NCBI GenBank assembly: GCA_007132905.1
Contig: SLNR01000020.1
Coordinates: 5,859-69,858, forward strand
Origin: Candidatus Sumerlaeota bacterium
Lineage (GTDB): Bacteria; Bacillota; SLNR01
Length of the DNA stretch: 64,000 nt
Direction of reading: 5' to 3'
Part shown: one piece after another, positions 56,792-64,000 of the stretch
Position numbering within the stretch: the first letter of the stretch is position 1
Layout: every line of letters starts with the position of its first letter
Made by a program: the position numbers and the translations under genes
Notes under the pieces: generated by a model
What the model saw: the letters and a program-made list of their open reading frames with translations, nothing else
Database searches by the model: none
What the model was told of the DNA's origin: nothing

Positions 56792-57955
56792 ATGGCAGAG
56801 GTAGAAAAAAATAAATTGGTGCATTGGGTAGACGAGCAAGAAAACGAACTATTCCAACGATGGGAAAATATGGTTAACATTGATACAGGTACTTACTGCA
56901 AAGAAGGCATAGATAAAATGGGCGGTCTCTTAAAGGAAGTTTTGGAAAAGGCCGGTTTCGAGGCAGAGGTTTATCCACAAGCAGACTACGGCAACCACTT
57001 AGTGTTAAGAAAGAAAGGAAACGGCAAGGGTAAAATTTTGCTGGTCGGCCATTTAGATACGGTCTTTGCAGATCAAGAAGCACAGAAGAGACCTTTTAAA
57101 ATTGAAGGGGACAGAGCCTATGGTCCCGGGGTTCATGATATGAAAGGCGGTCTAGTGGTCATGACAGGAGCTGTGGAAGCCTTGAATGCCCTGCATTTTG
57201 AGGATTATGAATCCATTTCGGTTCTTTTAAATAGCGATGAAGAGGTGGGTTCGCCTTCTTCGAGAGATTTGATTGAAGAAGAGGCAAAAAAAGCTGATGT
57301 TGTCCTTGTTTTCGAACCGGCGCGAACCGACCGTTCATTGGTGACCGCTCGAAAAGGAGTGGGGATGTATGCAATTGAAGTAACCGGCAGGGCGGCGCAT
57401 GCCGGGGCCGACCCGCAAGCCGGGGTAAGTGCGGTTGAAGAATTAGCTCATAAAATCCTGGATCTTCATGCCTTAAACAATTATAAAATCGGCACAACCG
57501 TCAATGCTGGGGTCATATCCGGAGGTACAAGATCGAATGTGATTGCCGAAAAAGCGAAGGCAGAGATTGATGTGCGGATTTTTACCAAAGACGAAGGAGA
57601 CCGAATAGATCAAGCATTACAAGCCATAGCAGGAAAAAACTATCTTGAAGGGGCAGAAACTAAATTGACGGGGGGGCTAAATCGGCCGCCTATGGAAAAG
57701 AACGAAGGAACCGTTCGCCTGCTCTCACTAGTTGAAAAAGCGGGAGAAGAATTGGGAATAAAGATTACGGATGTAGCCAGCGGCGGAGCTTCCGACGGAA
57801 ATTTCACAAGTGCGGTGGGAACCCCTACCATCGATTCCATGGGCACGGTGGGAGGATTAGCTCACGGGGTCAGTGAATATTCCGAAATAGACTCTCTTTT
57901 AGAAAAAGTAAAACTAACAGCGCTTACGATAGCGAACATCAAGAAAATCCTGTAA
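56792..57955 (+). CDS. M20A-family metallopeptidase (glutamate carboxypeptidase / CPG2-like)
   Basis: LLVGHLDTVF, GPGVHDMKGG, NSDEEVGSPSS and GRAAHAG. Confidence 0.85.
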   Translation: MAEVEKNKLVHWVDEQENELFQRWENMVNIDTGTYCKEGIDKMGGLLKEVLEKAGFEAEVYPQADYGNHLVLRKKGNGKGKILLVGHLDTVFADQEAQKRPFKIEGDRAYGPGVHDMKGGLVVMTGAVEALNALHFEDYESISVLLNSDEEVGSPSSRDLIEEEAKKADVVLVFEPARTDRSLVTARKGVGMYAIEVTGRAAHAGADPQAGVSAVEELAHKILDLHALNNYKIGTTVNAGVISGGTRSNVIAEKAKAEIDVRIFTKDEGDRIDQALQAIAGKNYLEGAETKLTGGLNRPPMEKNEGTVRLLSLVEKAGEELGIKITDVASGGASDGNFTSAVGTPTIDSMGTVGGLAHGVSEYSEIDSLLEKVKLTALTIANIKKIL

Positions 57956-57970
57956 CAAAAAAGGGTTAAG

Positions 57971-58020
57971 AAAAAACTCCCTAATGCTGATCAAAAGTGC
58001 AGCATACAGGGAGTTTTTTT
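57971..58020. terminator. bidirectional terminator between the M20A gene and mtnA
   Basis: AAAAAACTCCCT..ATGCTG...CAGCAT..AGGGAGTTTTTTT is a composite stem with A and T flanks. Confidence 0.7.
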
Positions 58021-58023
58021 GCT

Positions 58024-59073
58024 CTATGGGCTGCCCATATCGATAAGGCTTTCCACATAAGGCGGATGCAGAACGCCTTTTTCGGTAATAATGGCGGTTA
58101 TAAGCTCAGAAGGAGTGATATCAAAAGCTGGATTTGCAACCTTCACTCCCCAAGGGGCGATTTTGACATTATCTATCTGGGTCACTTCGCTGCTGTTGCG
58201 CTCTTCAATGGGAATTTGTGATCCATCTGAAATGCGCAGATCAAAAGTAGAAAAGGGTGCGGCTACATAAAAAGGGATTTGATGTCGTTTTGCCAGGACC
58301 GCAAGAGTATATGTGCCAATCTTATTGGCGGTATCACCATTGGAGGCTATGCGGTCTGCTCCAACCACCACACAATGAATCTTGCCCCGGCTCATAAAAT
58401 AACCGGCCATATTATCAGTGATCAAAGTGAAGGGAATGCGCTCTTGCTGTAATTCCCAGGCGGTCAGCCGTGCACCTTGAAGAAAAGGCCTTGTTTCACA
58501 GACCATGACTGAGATATTTTTTGCACTAGCCTGCGCGGTTTTAATGACCCCCAAAGCTGTTCCATAACCGGCGGTTGCCAAAGAGCCTGTATTGCAGTAG
58601 GTCAGGATGCAGCTGTCGGGCTGGATAAGTTCAGAACCATATTCAGCCAGCCTCATGTTTGTTTTTATATCATCCTCCATCAGGGAAAGAGCCTTTCTTT
58701 CAAATAGCTGTTCGAGGTGATCTGTTGAAAAAGAATCTTTTTGGGCACAGTAAAGCATCTTATTTACTGCCCAGGCGAGATTGGCGGCGGTTGGTCGGGC
58801 CGATCTTAGTACAGCGGCGGCTTCTCTGAGTGCCTCTTCCAGAGTTTGTTCCAATATCTCTTTTTCTTTTTGTTTCTTAAGAAAAGAGTTGAATGCCAAG
58901 ACCATGCCGAAAGCGGCCGCGACACCGATTGCCGGTGCACCCCGCACTTTCATGGACCGTATTGCTTGCGCCACATCAAGATGGGTCTGGCAGACATGAT
59001 ATTCTTTTTTGTGCGGCAGTAAAGTTTGATCTAGCAACTCAAGACGGTTATTCTTCCAAAGAATTGGTTTCAT
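58024..59073 (-). CDS. mtnA: S-methyl-5-thioribose-1-phosphate isomerase
   Basis: LELLDQTLLP, MKVRGAPAIGVAAA, VGADRIASNGDTANKIGTY and the eIF-2B-like fold. Confidence 0.9.
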   Translation of the reverse strand: MKPILWKNNRLELLDQTLLPHKKEYHVCQTHLDVAQAIRSMKVRGAPAIGVAAAFGMVLAFNSFLKKQKEKEILEQTLEEALREAAAVLRSARPTAANLAWAVNKMLYCAQKDSFSTDHLEQLFERKALSLMEDDIKTNMRLAEYGSELIQPDSCILTYCNTGSLATAGYGTALGVIKTAQASAKNISVMVCETRPFLQGARLTAWELQQERIPFTLITDNMAGYFMSRGKIHCVVVGADRIASNGDTANKIGTYTLAVLAKRHQIPFYVAAPFSTFDLRISDGSQIPIEERNSSEVTQIDNVKIAPWGVKVANPAFDITPSELITAIITEKGVLHPPYVESLIDMGSP

Positions 59074-59198
59074 ATTTCCACTCCTGACCTGTTGCCAATG
59101 GATGTATAGTCATCAAACTCTCGTTTTACCGTCATATAAAAGAAAGGTGCTCACAGGGCAGTAAAAGAGACCTTTTTCATTTAGGTGACAGTAAAACA

Positions 59199-60005
59199 TT
59201 AAGACCGGCCTGCTTCGAGGGCTGTTGCGCACAAGCATTTCCTTTTGCAATCAACCGGAGTTTTTTGAATCACGTGAAAAAGCAGGGATTTGACCTTTTC
59301 GAGATTATCGTTAAAAACTTGGATAACTTCACTGTGTGTGACGGGCGTGATATGAGGATCATCCTCTAACCCTGCGTCATAGTCGGTAATCAAGGCGATG
59401 TTCGCATAGCAGATATTTAACTCTCTGGCCAGCACGCATTCGGGATACTGGGTCATGTTGATGACTTCCCAACCCATTTTGCTAAACCAGCGGCTTTCCG
59501 CCTTCGTCGAAAAGCGCGGTCCCTGGATGACCACCACCGTTCCCTGCTGGTGCGCCGGGATGTCAAGTTCTAATGCACAATCATAAGCGAGGGCGCGAAG
59601 TTCGGGACAATAGGGTTCTGCAGCTGATATATGAGTAGTGATCGGTCCATGGTAAAATGTATCGGTTCGCCCTTTTGTCCTGTCAATAAACTGATCAGAA
59701 ATAACAAAATCACCGGGCTTAATATGAGGTTGAAGGCTGCCGGCTGCAGTAGGGGCATAAATTTTTTTCACCCCGAGCTGCTGCATTGCGTACAAGTTAG
59801 CTTGGTAGTTGATCATATGAGGAGGAAGGCGATGGTCTTTGCCGTGGCGGGGAAGAAAAGCGACTTTTTTCCCTTCCACCTCGGCAATGGCGACTTTGTC
59901 ACTAGGCGGTCCATAAGGAGTTTCTATGGCGAATTCCTGGACACCATCAAGAAAAGAATAAAAGCCAGAGCCTCCGAAAACGCCAACATCGGCCTTTTGA
60001 TGCAT
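59199..60005 (-). CDS. mtnP: S-methyl-5'-thioadenosine phosphorylase
   Basis: VGVFGGSGFY, FLPRHG..H..PPH.INYQAN and VINMTQYPE are MTAP signatures. Confidence 0.9.
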   Translation of the reverse strand: MHQKADVGVFGGSGFYSFLDGVQEFAIETPYGPPSDKVAIAEVEGKKVAFLPRHGKDHRLPPHMINYQANLYAMQQLGVKKIYAPTAAGSLQPHIKPGDFVISDQFIDRTKGRTDTFYHGPITTHISAAEPYCPELRALAYDCALELDIPAHQQGTVVVIQGPRFSTKAESRWFSKMGWEVINMTQYPECVLARELNICYANIALITDYDAGLEDDPHITPVTHSEVIQVFNDNLEKVKSLLFHVIQKTPVDCKRKCLCATALEAGRS

Positions 60006-60497
60006 CCTATTTCACGCCTTTCTTATTAGGGTCTTATATCATTTTCTGGACAAAAGGGATAAAATCCTGCTGTGAAGGTGTTCTGATTCACACAATCTGT
60101 GCCTTCAAGCTAAAAGAGGCCTTCATAAAAAAGCTTTTAAAAGAGATGCATAAGCACAAAGAACAGATTCTTGGATGATAGACCGCCGATCCTATGGATT
60201 ACGCTAAACAGGTTATTCTTGAAAGGCTAACATACTATGAATACATAAAGTCTAACTAAAATTTCTTTCTTCTAAGGCTGCAGGTTTACAGATAGTAAGC
60301 AAAGTAAGATCAATAATGAAAAACCAATTCTTTTTGTGTTTGAATGTGTAAAGAGGAACGGTGAAAGAATAATTTTGAAGGGTACAACCTTAAGCAGAGA
60401 AAAGATAGTAATGTGAATTCAGAAAAAAGACTGCATCACCCATGGGGAAGACAACCTTTCGTTCACAAAAACAAAATGGATAGGAGGCAGGGATCCA

Positions 60498-60794
60498 ATG
60501 AGCAAAAAAGAAATGTACCGTCAGAAGATGCAGGGTCAGTTGGATGAATGGAAAGCTGAGCTTGACAAATTAAAAGGGAAAACCAAACAATCCAAAGCAG
60601 AAATCAAAATGGAAGCAAAAGAAGAGATTGAGTATCTAGAAGGAAAGATTCATGAAAAGGAAAAGAAGCTCAAAGAAATAGAGATGGCCAGCGAAGATAC
60701 CAGGGAATCTTTAAAGGATGATGTCGAATCAGCTTGGGATTCCCTTAAGTCAGGCGTCGAGGAAGCGTCGTCTAAATCAAGAGATGAGCTGTGA
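60498..60794 (+). CDS. hypothetical coiled-coil protein
   Basis: 98 aa. It is Lys/Glu-rich with heptad character. AGGAGG lies upstream. I recognise no family. Confidence 0.45.
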   Translation: MSKKEMYRQKMQGQLDEWKAELDKLKGKTKQSKAEIKMEAKEEIEYLEGKIHEKEKKLKEIEMASEDTRESLKDDVESAWDSLKSGVEEASSKSRDEL

Positions 60795-60994
60795 TTATCA
60801 AGAAAGTCTAAAAGAAAGATAATCGCATTTTTTGAATAGACGATACAGATGTTTTTTTGGGCAGCGGAAAGAACAAGGATGGCCTTGTTTTCTAAATTGC
60901 GTGAAGCATTCATGGAATGAAAGAATTTTATGCTGATCCTGTTTGTACATAGGGTTGTAAAGATAAGTTTATCTGTTTATTGGGAGGGATGGGC

Positions 60995-61798
60995 ATGAGA
61001 AAGTGCAGGGTGGCTGCCGCACAGATGGATGTGGCCTTGGGTGATGTAGAAGCGAATTTAAAAAAGGTCCGGGAAATGATTTTGCGGTGTGCTCAAGAAG
61101 AAGTTGATTATGCTGTGCTTCCGGAAATGTGGCTGACAGGTTATGATTTTAAAAATCTGCCGGCCCTGGCTAAAGAACACAGTGCCAAAGCGCTGGAAGA
61201 AATAGCCTCATTGGCAAAAGACAATGACCTGAATATTATGGCCGGTTCTCTACCCGAATTAGACGGGGAGGATGTCTATAATACCGCCTATATGTTTAAT
61301 CGGAAAGGGGATCTGGAAACGACCTATCGCAAGATTCATCTTTTTAGCTTTACCGGAGAAGAGCGGTTTATCGCAGGTGGAGATAAACTACCAGATTTGG
61401 TCAAGTCAAAAGATAGCCATTATGGCGTAACCATATGTTATGATGTCCGCTTTCCCGAAATCTACCGACCTTTGGGCATACAAGGTGCTGAAATTATTTT
61501 TGTTCCGGCCCAGCTGCCCCATCCGAGGTTGAATCATTGGAGGATTCTACTTCAGGCCAGAGCGATAGAAAACCAGGCCTTTGTAGTCGGATGCAACCGG
61601 GTTGGCAAATTCAAAAAACTTGAATATTTCGGGCATTCCATGTTGATTGACCCTTGGGGAGAGATCTTAGCTGAGGGAGAGGAAGAAGAAGGGCTCATCA
61701 CGGCCGACTTTGATTTAGATCAAGCCGTCAATGTCAGAGAAAAGATGACGGTATATCAAGATAGGGTTCCCCAGATATATCATTCGTTCAAGGAATAA
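60995..61798 (+). CDS. carbon-nitrogen hydrolase (nitrilase superfamily; omega-amidase/MtnU-like)
   Basis: AAAQMD, the catalytic Glu in LPEMW, YRKIHLF (Lys) and the Cys in VTICYDVRFPE. Confidence 0.85.
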   Translation: MRKCRVAAAQMDVALGDVEANLKKVREMILRCAQEEVDYAVLPEMWLTGYDFKNLPALAKEHSAKALEEIASLAKDNDLNIMAGSLPELDGEDVYNTAYMFNRKGDLETTYRKIHLFSFTGEERFIAGGDKLPDLVKSKDSHYGVTICYDVRFPEIYRPLGIQGAEIIFVPAQLPHPRLNHWRILLQARAIENQAFVVGCNRVGKFKKLEYFGHSMLIDPWGEILAEGEEEEGLITADFDLDQAVNVREKMTVYQDRVPQIYHSFKE

Positions 61799-61822
61799 GC
61801 AAAACTTAAAACCAGAATAAAC

Positions 61823-61856
61823 AAAAAAAAGGTACCGTAGGGGTGCCTTTTTTTGT
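61823..61856. terminator. terminator hairpin with A-tract and T-tract flanks
   Basis: AAAAAAAAGGTACC-gtagg-GGTGCCTTTTTTT. Confidence 0.6.
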
Positions 61857-62156
61857 TACGCTTTGCATTTGAAGTTACTCATGGTAAGATTTCTAGTAAA
61901 ACGTATCCATCTGTACAGACAGTAAAATCACATTGGTGGGAGAAGACCTTGCAAAATTGAGATTAGAGCTTTCTTGTGTGAAGAAAGAATCTCCACTATT
62001 GCAGTGAAAATAAAATAGGAAGGATCTAACAATTCGGTAGAAAGCAGATTCTTCATTGCCTAAATCTTAAAATTTACTTTTCTTTTTGCGGTGTGTTATG
62101 ATAGGATAACTACGGCACAACACAAATCAGTTCAAAATAGTGCAGGAGGTGCTTGA

Positions 62157-64000
62157 GTGGCAAAGTCCCTGGTTATTGTAGAATCCCCGGCGAAAGCGAA
62201 AACGATTGAAAGGTTTTTGGGCAAAAAGTATATGGTCAAAGCATCCATGGGCCACCTGAGAGATCTGCCTAAAAGCAAGCTGGGCATTTCTATTGAAAAC
62301 GATTTTGAGCCTAAATATATCACCATCAGAGGAAAAGGAGATATTGTAAAAGAACTTAAGGATGCAGCTAAAAAGAGCAGTAAAGTATACCTGGCAACAG
62401 ATCCGGATCGTGAAGGAGAAGCTATTTCCTGGCATTTAGCCCATCTTTTAAAGCTTGATCTGGACGCACCTTGTCGTGTCAGTATTAATGAGATTACCGA
62501 AAGTGCCGTAAAAGAAGCTTTTGAAAATATTTCGATGATTCACAAAAAAAGGGTTGATTCCCAACAGGCCCGCCGGATTTTGGATCGATTAGTGGGATAT
62601 CAACTAAGCCCGTTGTTGTGGAAGAAAATCAAAAAAGGACTCAGCGCGGGAAGGGTTCAGTCGGTGGCGGTCAGATTGGTTTATGAACGAGAGGAAGAAA
62701 TTGAGGGATTTATTGTAGAGGAGTACTGGCATATTAAAGCGGTTTTCCAAGATGAAAACGAAGAGGCCAGCCTGGAAGCAAAGCTCATTGAGATGGATGG
62801 AGAAAAGATCGATATTGCCGAAGAAAAAAAGGCCAATGAAATAGCGGATTCTGTGCAAGAACACTCTTTTAAGATACATGAAGTTAAAAAAAGAAAACGC
62901 CGCAGAAATCCTGCGTCTCCTTTTATCACGAGCACTTTTCAGCAAGAAGCATCCAGAAAACTTGGGTTCGGGGCAAGAAAAGCCATGATGCTGGCTCAAC
63001 AGCTCTATGAGGGGATTGAAATCGGAGAAAAAGGCAGAGTCGGCTTGATCACTTATATGCGGACTGATTCTACAAGGGTTTCTTCAACGGCCGTTGAGGC
63101 GGCTCGCAAGTGGATAGAAGAGAAATACGATAAAAACTACTTAGGGACGAGCTTGAAGCGAAAAAGCAGTGGAAGGCAGCAAGATGCACACGAAGCAATT
63201 CGCCCTAGTTATCCTGACCAAGAGCCAAAAGACATCAAGAAGTATCTAAGCAAAGATCAATGGAAAGTCTACAAACTGATTTGGGAAAGATTTATGGCTA
63301 GTCAAATGAGCGCAGCTGAATATGATACGGTAACCTTGGATTTAAAAGGCGGTCCATATTTGTTCAGGGTCAGCGGAAGCGTCATAAAATTTGCCGGTTT
63401 TACCGCTTTGTATATCGAGGGGTCGGATGAAGAAGAACAAGATGAGGAGCTAGAACTTCCCAAGGTTAAAAAAGGGCAGCCGATGGTTTTGGATCATGTG
63501 GAACCGACCCAGCATTACACAAAACCGCCATCGAGATATACCGAGGCCTCCTTAGTGAAAGAGATGGAAGAGAAGGGGATTGGAAGACCCAGCACTTATG
63601 CGCCGACCATTGAAACAATCCGGCAGAGAGGATATGTGTATCTAGAGGAGAAAAAATTCCATATAAGTGAACTAGGACGCATTGTTACAGACGTCCTAGT
63701 CGAATATTTTGAAGATGTTATGGATGTGACTTTTACAGCTCACATGGAGGATCAGCTAGACAAGGTTGAAGAAGGAGAGGTCACCTGGAGAGAAGTGTTG
63801 AAAGATTTTTACCAAGGTTTCGATGATGATCTGGCCCTGGCCGAAAAAGAGATGGAAGAGATAGAAATTGAAGACGAAGTCACGGATGAAGTATGTGAAA
63901 AATGTGGAGAATATCTAGTAGTGAAGTGGGGCAGATACGGGAAGTTTCTTGCTTGTCCTGGATTCCCCGACTGTCGAAACACAAAACCTTTTCATCAATA
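62157..64000 (+). CDS. topA: DNA topoisomerase I, N-terminal about 614 codons (continues past the window end; absent from the ORF track)
   Basis: GTG lies 7 nt after AGGAGG. The translation reads (M)AKSLVIVESPAKAKTIERFLGKKY..ASMGHLRDLP, DPDREGEAISWH, and a Zn-finger CEKCGE...CPGFPDCRNTKP. The frame stays open to 64000. Confidence 0.9.
   Translation, partial: MAKSLVIVESPAKAKTIERFLGKKYMVKASMGHLRDLPKSKLGISIENDFEPKYITIRGKGDIVKELKDAAKKSSKVYLATDPDREGEAISWHLAHLLKLDLDAPCRVSINEITESAVKEAFENISMIHKKRVDSQQARRILDRLVGYQLSPLLWKKIKKGLSAGRVQSVAVRLVYEREEEIEGFIVEEYWHIKAVFQDENEEASLEAKLIEMDGEKIDIAEEKKANEIADSVQEHSFKIHEVKKRKRRRNPASPFITSTFQQEASRKLGFGARKAMMLAQQLYEGIEIGEKGRVGLITYMRTDSTRVSSTAVEAARKWIEEKYDKNYLGTSLKRKSSGRQQDAHEAIRPSYPDQEPKDIKKYLSKDQWKVYKLIWERFMASQMSAAEYDTVTLDLKGGPYLFRVSGSVIKFAGFTALYIEGSDEEEQDEELELPKVKKGQPMVLDHVEPTQHYTKPPSRYTEASLVKEMEEKGIGRPSTYAPTIETIRQRGYVYLEEKKFHISELGRIVTDVLVEYFEDVMDVTFTAHMEDQLDKVEEGEVTWREVLKDFYQGFDDDLALAEKEMEEIEIEDEVTDEVCEKCGEYLVVKWGRYGKFLACPGFPDCRNTKPFHQ

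Noticed and set aside
60006-60260. Expected SAM-I (S-box) riboswitch or T-box leader upstream of mtnP
   Set aside because: Reading the minus strand, I found no SAM-I core (e.g. TTATCAAGAG...GGCAACC-type) and no T-box motif. I kept the region only as an unexplained leader in the findings.
1-64000. CRISPR arrays, IS elements, integrases, prophage genes, toxin-antitoxin pairs and known defence-system genes
   Set aside because: I looked for regularly spaced direct repeats and for transposase, recombinase, nuclease or NTPase signatures in the accessory blocks and found none. All large ORFs have metabolic or housekeeping assignments, or are single orphans.

Overview
The window is a gene-dense chromosomal segment from a Bacillota (Firmicutes) genome, probably a Clostridia-like anaerobe. 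I infer this from fapR, codY, an aldehyde:ferredoxin oxidoreductase (AOR) and an Etf with a ferredoxin domain. The backbone follows the conserved Bacillus-type order: rpe, hslO, rpmB, yloU/yloV, recG, rsmD-coaD, tmcAL, yceD-rpmF, fapR-plsX-fabHDG-acpP-fabF, rnc-smc-ftsY, ylxM-ffh-rpsP-khpA-rimM-trmD-rplS, lepB, rbgA, rnhB, codY and topA. Accessory blocks interrupt this backbone. (1) A ferredoxin, a long-form AOR, a ThiS-like gene and degV, plus a convergent chemoreceptor gene, lie between yloV(fakA) and recG. (2) nfeD, a stomatin gene and ackA lie between tmcAL and yceD. (3) A roughly 9.3 kb island lies between ftsY and ylxM-ffh. It carries a class-III aminotransferase, a succinyl-CoA-synthetase-like alpha/beta pair that by eye has lost its catalytic residues, a D-aminoacylase-family amidohydrolase, a glutaredoxin-like gene, an AT-rich orphan segment and a DUF885-like gene. 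(4) A roughly 14 kb metabolic block lies between codY and topA. It carries DUF3343 plus a cysteine-desulfurase-like gene, nitroreductase, acyl-CoA dehydrogenase with EtfB and ferredoxin-fused EtfA, M20D-OCD-M20A, mtnA-mtnP and a C-N hydrolase. I saw no rRNA, tRNA, CRISPR array, transposase or integrase. topA (62157 to the window end) is missing from the ORF track because it has no stop codon in the window. The best candidate for something undescribed is the degenerate SCS-like pair and its neighbours (31.7-36.9 kb). The second is the AOR module embedded in a fatty-acid-kinase operon. All homology calls come from motif recognition by eye and need database confirmation.
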